From: Minisyncoccota bacterium
GTDB taxonomy: Bacteria; Patescibacteriota; Minisyncoccia; Phycocordibacterales; UBA9973
Assembly (NCBI GenBank): GCA_028718635.1
Contig: JAQULK010000001.1
Location: 88,626-152,625, forward strand
Direction: 5' to 3'
DNA: 64,000 nt
The translations under genes were made by a program, and so were the position numbers. The notes beneath the pieces are model-generated. The model was given only the letters and a program-made list of their open reading frames with translations, did no database searches and had not been told where the DNA came from. Positions 11,196 to 20,689 of this stretch are shown one piece after another; within the stretch, counting starts at the first letter, position 1, and the number at the start of each line of letters is the position of its first letter.

Positions 11196-11225
11196 AGTAT
11201 AAGTGAACGAGCGTTCACTTGTCAA
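11196..11225 (-). promoter_or_regulatory. promoter TTGACA-18-TATACT with a GAAC-N4-GTTC operator in the spacer
   Basis: palindrome aagtgaac-gagc-gttcactt at 11201-11220. Confidence 0.8.
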
Positions 11226-11251
11226 CAAACCACCTGTGGATAACTCATAAA

Positions 11252-11347
11252 ATAAAAATATCTAGAAAAAATTTAAAGCGTCGTGGGTTCCCTGCCCTTA
11301 TGACTCCGAGGGCGAAGGCGCAGAAATTTTTTGCTAGATATTTTTAT
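11252..11347. repeat. long AT-armed hairpin with GC-rich core (family D/E-like architecture)
   Basis: ataaaaatatctagaaaaaattt ... aaattttttgctagatatttttat; overlaps the comM stop. Confidence 0.7.
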
Positions 11348-12906
11348 GAATTCACTTTCGGCCTATATTGTATTGCTTCCAAAATATGATGCTCTTCAAC
11401 CTCGGGAGAATTTTCGAGATCGGCTATGGTGCGAGCGATTTTTATCACTCGATGATAGGCGCGAGCGGACAAGCTCAAGCGTTCGGCGCTGTCGTCGAGC
11501 AGATCCCGCACCCTGCCACCCAAAGTCACCATTATGCCTAAATCTTTCACATTCATTTCGCTATTCGTCGTTATTTTTTTCTTTATATCTTTCTGGAATT
11601 TTTCAAATCTATTTTTTTGAATTTCTCGCGCTCTGATTATTCTTTCTTTTATCTTTTCACTCTTCTCTCCACTCCCATCTCCTCCCAATTTTTTATAATC
11701 AACATTCCCGACTGAAACCCAAAGATCGATGCGGTCTACAATCGGCCCGGACAATTTTCTTTTATATCTGTCTAAATCAGACGGTTTGCAAATGCACGCT
11801 TTTTGTTTCGAAGTCGCATTTCCGCAAGGACAAGGATTCATCGCCGCGACTAAAATAAAATTTGAGGGGAAACAAGCATTTCCTTTGGCGCGGGAAATTG
11901 ACACGATGTTATCTTCGAGCGGTTGACGCAAAGATTCGATAACTCTTTTTTCAAATTCTGGAAATTCATCCAAAAACAAAACTCCCCTATGGGCGAGGGT
12001 CACCTCTCCAGGCTTGGGGTAAGTTCCCCCGCCAATGATAGAGACATAAGATGATGTGTGATGCGGAGAACGAAACGGAGGAAAACATACGAGCTCCCCA
12101 TTTGTATTCCCAGCTACCGAATGGATGCCGGTAATTTCCAAAACTTCATCGAGATCCAAGTCCGGCAAAATTTGAGAAAAAGCTCTGGCGAGCATCGTCT
12201 TGCCTGTGCCAGGCGGACCATACATAGCGATATTGTGTCCGCCAGCTGCTGCGATCTCCAAACCTCGCTTGGCGCCTTCTTGTCCTCGGATATCAGAAAA
12301 ATCAATCCGCGATATTTCTTTTTTATAATTTATTCTGGTCTGAGATTGAAGTGTAATTCTTTTTATTTTTTCTTCAATAGTTTTTTTTCTTTCATCTAGA
12401 TGTTCCACCACTTCTTGTAAACTATTCGCTCCAAAAATTTTTATACCTTCCACTAACGCTGCCTCCACTGCATTTTCTTTTGGTAAATATATTTCTTCAA
12501 AACCAAGCCTTTTGGCCTCTTGCGCGAGAGGCAATGCCCCGCGAATTTTTCGCAAAGCGCCGTCGAGTCCCAGCTCTCCTAGGAAAATCTTTTTCTCCGG
12601 ATTGAATTTAACATCGTGGGCGGCGAGCATATATGAAAGAGCAATTCCTAAATCAAAAAAAGGGCCTTCCTTTTTTAAATCGGCAGGCGAAAGTGAAACT
12701 ATTATTTTTTGATTTTTTGCTTTAGGAGATTTAAAACCAGAATTTTTTATGGCTCCGCTTACTCTGTCTTTCGACTCATCTACGGCTTTGTCTGGAAGTC
12801 CCACCAGGCTAAAAGAATGAAGCCCTTTTGAAAGGTCAACTTCGATAGTCACGATAGAACCCTTGAGCAAATTAACTTGTGCCGAGTAAACTTTTGCAAA
12901 AGACAT
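11344..12906 (-). CDS. comM: YifB/ComM Mg-chelatase-like AAA+ ATPase
   Basis: VGLPD, GPPGTGKT, FRSPHH, PGEVTLAHRGVLFLDE, NPCPCG. Confidence 0.95.
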   Translation of the reverse strand: MSFAKVYSAQVNLLKGSIVTIEVDLSKGLHSFSLVGLPDKAVDESKDRVSGAIKNSGFKSPKAKNQKIIVSLSPADLKKEGPFFDLGIALSYMLAAHDVKFNPEKKIFLGELGLDGALRKIRGALPLAQEAKRLGFEEIYLPKENAVEAALVEGIKIFGANSLQEVVEHLDERKKTIEEKIKRITLQSQTRINYKKEISRIDFSDIRGQEGAKRGLEIAAAGGHNIAMYGPPGTGKTMLARAFSQILPDLDLDEVLEITGIHSVAGNTNGELVCFPPFRSPHHTSSYVSIIGGGTYPKPGEVTLAHRGVLFLDEFPEFEKRVIESLRQPLEDNIVSISRAKGNACFPSNFILVAAMNPCPCGNATSKQKACICKPSDLDRYKRKLSGPIVDRIDLWVSVGNVDYKKLGGDGSGEKSEKIKERIIRAREIQKNRFEKFQKDIKKKITTNSEMNVKDLGIMVTLGGRVRDLLDDSAERLSLSARAYHRVIKIARTIADLENSPEVEEHHILEAIQYRPKVNS

Positions 12907-12907
12907 A

Positions 12908-13270
12908 TTAGTTTTCTAAATGTTTTTTGCAAGTTTGAGCGGCGGGGTTCACTTCCAGCCTTGCCATTTCGATATATTTTCCGCAAATTTTGCACTTACC
13001 AAAAGACTCTCTATTTACTCCCTTTAATGATTTTAAAATACTATTTAATCTGGGTTCCAGAGTTCTAATCATGGAACTTCTAGCTTCATAATTCTCAAAC
13101 CGATCCGCTTTGTCATTCTCATCAGATTCCGGAAATTCCAATTCCTCCGGAGTCGCTTCCCACTCCCCCGTTTCTTTATTCAACTTGCCCAAATCTTTCA
13201 TTTGCTCAAGCAGAACGTCTCTCTCTTTTTCCAATTTCTCTTTAATTTTTTTCTTGTCTATCATAGGCAA
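12908..13270 (-). CDS. TraR/DksA family zinc-finger regulator
   Basis: coiled coil with DENDKAD, FGKCKICG...RLEVNP...C. Confidence 0.85.
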   Translation of the reverse strand: MPMIDKKKIKEKLEKERDVLLEQMKDLGKLNKETGEWEATPEELEFPESDENDKADRFENYEARSSMIRTLEPRLNSILKSLKGVNRESFGKCKICGKYIEMARLEVNPAAQTCKKHLEN

Positions 13271-13311
13271 ATGATAACATTTTAATATTTCATAGCAAGT
13301 GTTATACTCAG

Positions 13312-14514
13312 ATGATGTTTTACAAACACTGCAAAAATTATACAGTCGAGAGCGTGACCTCCGGCCACCCGGATAAAATCTGTGATCAAATATCAGATGC
13401 TATTTTAGACGCTTATTTAAAGTTAGACCCGAAAAGCCGAGTGGCTATAGAAACCTTTGGCGGACATGGTCGCCTTGTTATTGGTGGAGAAGTAACATCC
13501 CTCGGGCATAGTCCTACGGGCGAGCCAAAAGGAAAAGTAAATTATGTGCAAATAGCGCGAGATGTTTATAAAAAGATTGGCTACACAGACAAGCTTGAAA
13601 TCTCTGCCAATATAGTCACTCAGTCTCCAGACATTGCTTTAGGAGTAGACACAGGCGGTGCTGGAGACCAAGGCATCATGTATGGATATGCCACTGATGA
13701 AACGCCTGAGTTTCTACCAAAAGGAATAGTGTTGGCGCACAAACTTGCAAAACAATTAGAAGAAATGAGAAAAAGTGGAAAAATAAAATGGCTCAGGCCC
13801 GATGGAAAAACGCAAGTCACTTATACCAATGGGAAATTAAATACTGTACTAGTTAGCACCCAACATTCTCCAAATATTAAACTGGAAGAAATAAAAAAGG
13901 AAATTACAAAAAAAGTGATATTACCCTTACTCTCCAAAGAAGAAAGAAAAAGGGCCTGTCCCGTTAGAGGCCACGAGGGCTCGCAGTGTGTCTCTGCCTC
14001 TAATGGGATAAAAATTTTAGTAAATCCAACGGGTAAATTTACTGCTGGCGGTTTCGAAGCGGACACCGGTCTAACTGGAAGAAAAATAATGATAGATACT
14101 TATGGCGGGCTCGTTCCGCACGGAGGCGGATGTTTCTCTGGGAAAGATGCCACCAAAGTAGACCGCTCTGGCGCTTATATGGCGCGTTTTGTCGCCAAAA
14201 ATCTCGTAGCAAACGGATACGGCAAAGAAGCCTTAGTGTCTGTCGCCTACGCTATCGGAATGGCAGAACCCTTGATGATAGAAGCCATAAATGAAAAAGG
14301 TGAAGATTTGTCAAAAGTAGTCCGAGAGCATTTTGATTTCAAACCGCTTGCCATAATAAAAAAACTTGGTCTTCAAAATCCTATTTATGAGCAAACCGCT
14401 ACCTATGGCCATTTCGGTAAAAAAAATCTCCCGTGGGAAAAGATTTGTCCCGTTAGAGGCCGCGAGGGCTCGCAGCGACCCTCTGCCTCTAACGGGATTG
14501 AAAAAACAAAATAA
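13312..14514 (+). CDS. metK: S-adenosylmethionine synthetase with three in-frame palindromic insertions
   Basis: ESVTSGHPDK, GAGDQG, GGGCFSGKD; extra peptides SLGHSPTGEP, CPVRGHEGSQCVSASNG, CPVRGREGSQRPSASNG. Confidence 0.97.
   Translation: MMFYKHCKNYTVESVTSGHPDKICDQISDAILDAYLKLDPKSRVAIETFGGHGRLVIGGEVTSLGHSPTGEPKGKVNYVQIARDVYKKIGYTDKLEISANIVTQSPDIALGVDTGGAGDQGIMYGYATDETPEFLPKGIVLAHKLAKQLEEMRKSGKIKWLRPDGKTQVTYTNGKLNTVLVSTQHSPNIKLEEIKKEITKKVILPLLSKEERKRACPVRGHEGSQCVSASNGIKILVNPTGKFTAGGFEADTGLTGRKIMIDTYGGLVPHGGGCFSGKDATKVDRSGAYMARFVAKNLVANGYGKEALVSVAYAIGMAEPLMIEAINEKGEDLSKVVREHFDFKPLAIIKKLGLQNPIYEQTATYGHFGKKNLPWEKICPVRGREGSQRPSASNGIEKTK
13959..14008 (+). repeat. family A element in metK (internal)
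   Basis: tcccgttagagg...cctctaatggga, degenerate copy of 14448-14497. Confidence 0.9.
14448..14497 (+). repeat. family A element in the metK C-terminus
   Basis: 50 nt identical to intergenic 62845-62894. Confidence 0.95.
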
Positions 14515-14533
14515 TTTTACTTTATTAAAAATA

Positions 14534-15427
14534 CTACTGCTTTTTTTGACTAGATGTGAGGCGCAGTATGATTTCGTGCGCGGCACTTTGCGAGTCGGTA
14601 ATGACAACAGAATTGTCATCTGCAAAAACATACATCAAAGCCGGTTGGCCGTCTTTGCCGAAAAGAATTCGCGCATTTTTATTGTCAACAATGCCATCTT
14701 GAAAATCTTTCGTTAAAAGATCGTTTGTATCAGCTGAAAGATTTACTCCAAAAAATCCGTGCAGATCGGAAAACATTTTTCCTTCCCAGGCGCGCATGGC
14801 ATCAAAAATATCAGCAATGGAACGCATTTTAATCAAGATAAAGAAATCCTTATTCGTCGGAGCAGGAGCGGAACCGCTCTCGCTCGTCTCGCTCCCAGGT
14901 TCATTCACAACTCCCATTAAAAAATTATCATCAACTAAAAGTGTATTAGTGCTTGGGGTAAAATTACTCTCAGTCAAGGAAATGAATCTCCTGAGTCCGA
15001 TAATTTGTTTATTTTCTGTCAGATAAATCCCTTCGATGCCTCCAATTTTTACCTTTGTAGTATTAATTTCATTTTGGACAGCCTGTATTATTTCTTCTTT
15101 TTTCAATCCAAAAATTTCTAAAGGAACACTTTGATCGCTAAAAACGATCGGGGTAAACTGCTTTTCGACCACCACCGTGTTGTCTTCTTTCCTAAAGAGA
15201 AAAAAAAATAAAATTATTAAGGCAAAGACTATAAGAAAAAAACTGGCAAGCATAAAAAGCTTATTTTCCTTTGATTCTGGAGAAAAATTTTCTTTCTCCT
15301 TTTCGTGCTCTTCCTCTCCATGAATCATTTTTTTTACCAAGCCTTCTCTGTCATTCTTAAGCACCTCCGCCATGTCTTCGGCATAAGTCTCTACGATTTT
15401 ATTTTCTATTTTTTTATTTTTTTCCAT
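14534..15427 (-). CDS. hypothetical single-pass membrane protein
   Basis: 297-aa ORF, one TM helix, following pnp. Confidence 0.8.
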   Translation of the reverse strand: MEKNKKIENKIVETYAEDMAEVLKNDREGLVKKMIHGEEEHEKEKENFSPESKENKLFMLASFFLIVFALIILFFFLFRKEDNTVVVEKQFTPIVFSDQSVPLEIFGLKKEEIIQAVQNEINTTKVKIGGIEGIYLTENKQIIGLRRFISLTESNFTPSTNTLLVDDNFLMGVVNEPGSETSESGSAPAPTNKDFFILIKMRSIADIFDAMRAWEGKMFSDLHGFFGVNLSADTNDLLTKDFQDGIVDNKNARILFGKDGQPALMYVFADDNSVVITDSQSAAHEIILRLTSSQKKQ

Positions 15428-15429
15428 TC

Positions 15430-17556
15430 TTAAGATTTTTTGAAAAAATCTTTATCCGCTTCTTTAATAGACAAACTGATCTTGCCTCTCTCGTTGTCAA
15501 TTTTTATTATTTTTACCGGCACAATCATACCTTCCTTTATTATATCTGATACTCGCTCTACGCGAAATGGAGCCATTTCAGAAATGTGCACCATTCCGTC
15601 AGTAAAAGGATTCAAGGCTACAAAAGCTCCGAAATCAGCAATCTTTACAACTTCGCCTTTCAATATTTCACCAACTTTAAATTCATGCGTCATTTCTTCG
15701 ACAATCTCTTTAGCCTTTTCTGCCGAACCATTTTTCCCAGTCAAATACACTGTTCCATCATCTTCAATAGTTATTTCCGCGCCGGATTTTTCTTTAATTT
15801 CTTTGATCGTTTTTCCTCCCCCGCCAATAACCATTCCTATTTTTTCAGGATTAATTTTGATAATCAAAATTTTTGGCGCATTTGGAGAAATATTTGCGCG
15901 CGGTTTTGGAATTTCTTTTTCAATTCTATCAATGATAGCCACTCGCGCTTTTTTAGACTGCCTCATTGCTTCGCCCAATATTTTTATCGGCACTCCTTCC
16001 ACTTTTACATCGAGCTGAATAGCTGTCACTCCTTCTCTCGATCCCGCAATTTTAAAATCCATATCTCCATGATGATCTTCGGGACCTTGGATGTCAGTCA
16101 AAATTTTATATTTTGCATCTGATTCATACATCAATCCCATCGCAATACCGGCGACAGGAGCCAAGATCGGCACTCCGCCATCCATCAATGCGAGAATCGA
16201 AGCGCAGATCGAAGCTTGAGAAGTAGAACCATTTGAAGCCATTGATTCAGAAACAATTCTCATTGTGTAGGGAAATTCTGAAACTGGGGGCAATACCATC
16301 GCGAGCGCTTTTTCAGCGAGCGCTCCGTGGCCGATTTCTCGGCGATTAGTAAAACCTGTTCTCCCTACTTCTCCCGAAGAATACGGAGGAAAGTTATAAT
16401 GATGCATAAATCTTTTCTCCACTTTCAATTGCAGGCCGTCAACTAAATTTCTATCTTCCGGTCCGCCTAAAGTCAAAACAGAAAGCACGTGGGTTCCTCC
16501 GCGATAAAAAATTCCCGAACCGTGAATGATGCTGGAGAGACCTCCCGCTTGCGCATACAAGTCCCGAAGTTCGTCCATCGCCCGGCCGTCTGCTCGTTTG
16601 TTTTCTTCTATGGCTTTTTTGTGCAAAATTTCATTTTCGGTATCGTCGAACAGATTATCTTCCAGGGAAAAATCAGTTCTATCTCCAAATTTTTCTCGTA
16701 TAAGATTATTCCAAACAGTATGCAGGGCATCTATTTTTTCTTTTCCAGCTCCGGCAAAAAGAGCGCTTTCCATCTTGGGCAAAATATTTTCATTAAATAA
16801 TGCTACAGACTCGGGAGAAATTTTTTCTTTTTCTATTATTCTTTTTTCCTTGCCGATTTCTTTAACAATATTTTTTTGGAAATCTTCCAGTTTTGCTATT
16901 TCTGCACTCGCCACCTTGAGCGCTTCTTCCAATTCTTCTTCTTTACTCTGTCGAGCAGAGGCTTCAATCATATTTATATTTCCATCTTTACCGCAAACGG
17001 TCAGGTCAAATTTGTATTGAGTGTCCTCGTCAATACGCCAACTCTGGGGTGGATTAATTTTCAACTGGTTATTTTCTTTATCGCTATCGTACTTGCCAAT
17101 ACGCACACAACCGATAGGACCATTCCAAGGAATATTGGAAACAGCCAGAGCAAGCGAAGCTGCGTTTACCGCCAAAATTGTCGGATCATTATCATCTACT
17201 GAAAGCACAGTCACAATGATTTGCACTGCATGACGCATTGATTGATCAAAGAGAGGCCGCAGGGTGCGATCTATCACTCGGCAGGCCAATATCGCTTCTT
17301 CAGAAGGCTTCCCTTCTCGGCGAACAAAACGAGAACCTAAAATTTTGCCGGCTGAATAAAATTTCTCTACATAGTCCACAGTCAAATTAAAAAATCCCAA
17401 GCCTTGCTGTTTATCATGAGACATACAAGCAGTGGCTAGGACGATAGTCTCTCCGTATTTTAATATTACCGAACCATGCGCTTGTTCTGCTAAATCACTA
17501 AAAATAGCAGTTAATGTCCTTCCTCCTATCTCTACGCTATATTCTTTTTTTTGCAT
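15430..17556 (-). CDS. pnp: polyribonucleotide nucleotidyltransferase
   Basis: two RNase PH domains (RREIGHG, GDMDFK), KH, S1; start MQKKEY at 17556. Confidence 0.97.
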   Translation of the reverse strand: MQKKEYSVEIGGRTLTAIFSDLAEQAHGSVILKYGETIVLATACMSHDKQQGLGFFNLTVDYVEKFYSAGKILGSRFVRREGKPSEEAILACRVIDRTLRPLFDQSMRHAVQIIVTVLSVDDNDPTILAVNAASLALAVSNIPWNGPIGCVRIGKYDSDKENNQLKINPPQSWRIDEDTQYKFDLTVCGKDGNINMIEASARQSKEEELEEALKVASAEIAKLEDFQKNIVKEIGKEKRIIEKEKISPESVALFNENILPKMESALFAGAGKEKIDALHTVWNNLIREKFGDRTDFSLEDNLFDDTENEILHKKAIEENKRADGRAMDELRDLYAQAGGLSSIIHGSGIFYRGGTHVLSVLTLGGPEDRNLVDGLQLKVEKRFMHHYNFPPYSSGEVGRTGFTNRREIGHGALAEKALAMVLPPVSEFPYTMRIVSESMASNGSTSQASICASILALMDGGVPILAPVAGIAMGLMYESDAKYKILTDIQGPEDHHGDMDFKIAGSREGVTAIQLDVKVEGVPIKILGEAMRQSKKARVAIIDRIEKEIPKPRANISPNAPKILIIKINPEKIGMVIGGGGKTIKEIKEKSGAEITIEDDGTVYLTGKNGSAEKAKEIVEEMTHEFKVGEILKGEVVKIADFGAFVALNPFTDGMVHISEMAPFRVERVSDIIKEGMIVPVKIIKIDNERGKISLSIKEADKDFFKKS

Positions 17557-17705
17557 CTTAAATTTTAAGTTCGTATCCAGACTACAGTGTTGTTTCACAA
17601 CTTAAATTGATAAGTGGAAACACTACTTTGTGTCTAAACGCGAACCCGATTAACTAATAAATATTTGTTTATCCTAACACTTTTAAGTAAAAAAGCAAAA
17701 ACCTG

Positions 17706-17736
17706 TCCCGTAGTGAGCTTTGCTCTACTACTGGGA
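17706..17736. repeat. short tcccgtagtg...ctactggga element (family A-related)
   Basis: near-identical to 60979-61008. Confidence 0.8.
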
Positions 17737-18246
17737 TTATTTAGCGTTCATCAGATATTTTCTAGGGTTTTCAGACAAGTCCACAAAATCATCCACGACT
17801 TCGCGAAGTTTGCTGGAAGTTGATTTACCAAAAGAAACTACCTCCACTTGCACGCCGATAGTTTGCAAATATTCTACAAGCGGAATAAAATCTCCATCGC
17901 CAGAGACTATCACAACAGAATCAAGACGCGGAGACATTTTAATTGCATCGACAGCGAGCCCCACATCCCAATCCGCTTTCTTTGCGCCGCCGGCAAATAT
18001 TTGCAAATCTTTGGTCTTGGTTTCAATACCGAGTTTGGATAATGCTTCAAAAAAATTCTTTTCGTCTCCAGCTTCTGTGGTGATGACATAAGCCACTGCC
18101 CGCACAAGCTTTCGCCCCGCCACTGCGTCTTTTAAAACCGCGCCAAAATTAACTCGCGCTTGATATAAGTTTCGAGCGCTGTGATATAAATTTTGGGTAT
18201 CAATAAAAACTCCTACTCTCTGTTCTTTGTGTTTTATAACTGTCAT
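17737..18246 (-). CDS. NYN/LabA-DUF88 domain nuclease
   Basis: FIDTQN, DWDVGLAVD, SGDGDF. Confidence 0.93.
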   Translation of the reverse strand: MTVIKHKEQRVGVFIDTQNLYHSARNLYQARVNFGAVLKDAVAGRKLVRAVAYVITTEAGDEKNFFEALSKLGIETKTKDLQIFAGGAKKADWDVGLAVDAIKMSPRLDSVVIVSGDGDFIPLVEYLQTIGVQVEVVSFGKSTSSKLREVVDDFVDLSENPRKYLMNAK

Positions 18247-18348
18247 CCCAGTACTAAAATTTTAAAATTAATAATATTATAAAAAGGACTTATCTCGTAC
18301 GACGTTATATTTTTCTAAACTTTTATATAATAAAAATTTAGTACGGGA
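18246..18348. repeat. tcccgtac...gtactggga element abutting the NYN start codon
   Basis: minus strand tgtcccgtactaaa...tttagtactgggATG. Confidence 0.75.
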
Positions 18349-18389
18349 CAGGTGTATATAGTATAGCAAATTTTTGAAACTTGTCGCAG

Positions 18390-18511
18390 GCGTTAGAAGT
18401 TTGGAAAATAGTTTTCGCAGGGGTTTCGAGCGCGACGGCGCGAGAACTTCAGGAATTTTTAAGCTTCAAAAATTCCGTACCGGAGAAAACTTATTTTCCA
18501 AACTTCTACGC
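18390..18511. repeat. family D long hairpin element overlapping the rpsO stop
   Basis: core shared with 7142-7258, different self-complementary arms. Confidence 0.85.
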
Positions 18512-18769
18512 TAGATCCATTTTCTTCATCAAAGCTGTGTAGCGAGGTTTGCTTTTGCGTTCCAAATATTTTAAATGAGTGCGCCTGTCGGCTACCATCT
18601 TGATCAACCCTCGACGAGAATGATTGTCCTTTTTGTGTTTCTTTAAATGTTTTGCCAGTTCGGAAATCTGAGTAGATAAAATAGCCACTTGCACTTCTGA
18701 AGAGCCTGTATCCTTGTCATGAATTTGATTTTTCTTTATAACTGTTTGCTTTTTCTTTGTATTTAACAT
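18506..18769 (-). CDS. rpsO: 30S ribosomal protein S15
   Basis: [23 protein letters not shown]. Confidence 0.97.
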   Translation of the reverse strand: MLNTKKKQTVIKKNQIHDKDTGSSEVQVAILSTQISELAKHLKKHKKDNHSRRGLIKMVADRRTHLKYLERKSKPRYTALMKKMDLA

Positions 18770-18808
18770 ATTTCACAATATTAACACAAAACTGTTATAA
18801 TTGCAACA

Positions 18809-20557
18809 CTAATACACCTCCCCCTGATAACACCTCTCACAATACACAATCTCCTTCCTCTCCGGCGCATAAGAAGTCTCAAACTCTGTGGGGCATTTAC
18901 CTATATGGGTATGGGTAGTCTTCTCACACATGCAAGCTCTATGCCAGAGCTTTAAGGGATTTCTTTGTTTCAGTCTCTGGTAATGTCTGCAGTTAGGACA
19001 GAGATGAGGTAAGGGTAGATTCATTCTTTGGTAGAATTGGAGTTCTGGAGCAATGATTTTGAAGGCTTCGGTGCATTGTTCGTTGCATTTGCCTTGATGT
19101 TCGCATTCAATGACTTTTCCTAGAATAGATTCATCTACCTCTTTGATATTATCAGGAATGTCTTTTGTTTTAATGTCTATTGTATAGTTTCTTTCTTCTG
19201 CATCTTTCCACTTGTAACCTTGTTTAATAGCTTCTTCTTTAGTTAAAGGAAAGTATTCTTGAGCAATGGTTTCGTTGTAACAGAAAGGACTTAATTCTAC
19301 CGGAAAGAACTCTCCGTATTGGTAAATTCTGCCTTTACTATCTATGTAGGGCATATCATTCATGTGCTTGATGATTTTGGGGACCAAGGCTTCGTATTGT
19401 TCTTTGGTGTATTGGTGGTTTAGGATGCAGTAGGATTTGTTGTGTAAGCCAATGCAGCCAAAAAGATTATTGCAATTATCACAATCAATAGAATATGAAA
19501 CGTTAATTAAATTTAATCCATGTAAAGCACTTAAAATATTAGAACTAAAATCAACATTTAGAGATTCATAAGCTAATTCTCCTCCACTAACACCATATAC
19601 ATCACTAGTATCTTTCTGCCCTTTCACAGACCTAATGCTGTATCTAACATTATCAACTTCTGAAGTAAAATGTGACTTTTTAACATTTTTTGAGTTGTTA
19701 ATAAAATTACCGGTAGCATTAACATAATTTTTACCAATCATAAATTTATGAATAGCTGCGCTTTTTACTTTTTTATATTTATCAAATAATTCATTTAATC
19801 CGTCAGGTGATTTAAGGGAATTTAATAATGATTCTTTTGTTTTATTAAATTCTTCTTTTGAAACTACCTTATTTACAATACAAAATTGTTGATTGCGAAG
19901 ATTTGAAGAAAAAAGGCAATTCTGGCAATTTTTACAATCATACACAAACCAACAATCTATACAGTTTGCACAATCTTGAGCGAAAAAGGTTTGATAACAA
20001 TTATCAGAATTTATTAACTGAGAAGATAGTTCACATTTATTTATCCATGAATTATCAATGCAGTTTTTACTTTCCAATACAGTATCTCCGTACTGGCAAT
20101 TTTCTGAGTACCAACTGCCAAAAACCAAGTAGCAGTCTTTCATATCTACGCATATATTACAATAATTACTTCTTACTGGATTAATATTATATAAAGCATA
20201 TTTGGGAACTTTTTTATCAAGAGCATGGAATTGTTCAAAAAAAGATTTATTAAAATCATAATCTACTCCATAGTCTCTCGAATCCCAGTTAGCTTCATTT
20301 ATCCAATATTCTTTATCATAAATAATATAAGGGGATTCCGAAGAATACATACTTATTATTTTTTCTTTTGACTTTGAAGCACTGTTCTCTTTTTTATATA
20401 ATGCTCTTTCATTTCTAAACAACATTCTTCTTATCGTTCTGCACTCTGGGCAAAAAGTCGGCGGAGGGACATTAATTTTTTCATAAAACTTGAAATCATC
20501 CGGCTCTATCGTGAAATCCTTTTTGCAGTTTTGGCAATTTTTTGTTTCTGGCTCCAT
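18809..20557 (-). CDS. CPR-type cysteine-rich repeat protein (paralog 1)
   Basis: CxxC zinc-ribbon ends, CxxC repeats, FETSY...VYCERCY; similar to 22743-24422. Confidence 0.85.
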   Translation of the reverse strand: MEPETKNCQNCKKDFTIEPDDFKFYEKINVPPPTFCPECRTIRRMLFRNERALYKKENSASKSKEKIISMYSSESPYIIYDKEYWINEANWDSRDYGVDYDFNKSFFEQFHALDKKVPKYALYNINPVRSNYCNICVDMKDCYLVFGSWYSENCQYGDTVLESKNCIDNSWINKCELSSQLINSDNCYQTFFAQDCANCIDCWFVYDCKNCQNCLFSSNLRNQQFCIVNKVVSKEEFNKTKESLLNSLKSPDGLNELFDKYKKVKSAAIHKFMIGKNYVNATGNFINNSKNVKKSHFTSEVDNVRYSIRSVKGQKDTSDVYGVSGGELAYESLNVDFSSNILSALHGLNLINVSYSIDCDNCNNLFGCIGLHNKSYCILNHQYTKEQYEALVPKIIKHMNDMPYIDSKGRIYQYGEFFPVELSPFCYNETIAQEYFPLTKEEAIKQGYKWKDAEERNYTIDIKTKDIPDNIKEVDESILGKVIECEHQGKCNEQCTEAFKIIAPELQFYQRMNLPLPHLCPNCRHYQRLKQRNPLKLWHRACMCEKTTHTHIGKCPTEFETSYAPERKEIVYCERCYQGEVY

Positions 20558-20689
20558 AAAAAGATAGTATCACAAATTGCGCATTAAAAAAACTTTTATA
20601 ATTACTTCTGGCTTAGGTTTAAGCAAAGGCTATCCCTGCTAAGTTTTTTTAAAAAAATTAATTTTTAAAAATTATGCTAAAATAAAAAT

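Noticed and set aside
15440-17233. Long antisense ORFs over pnp, and similar ones over rny, cca, PBP and virB6
   Set aside because: Shadow frames of well-supported genes with no recognisable motifs.
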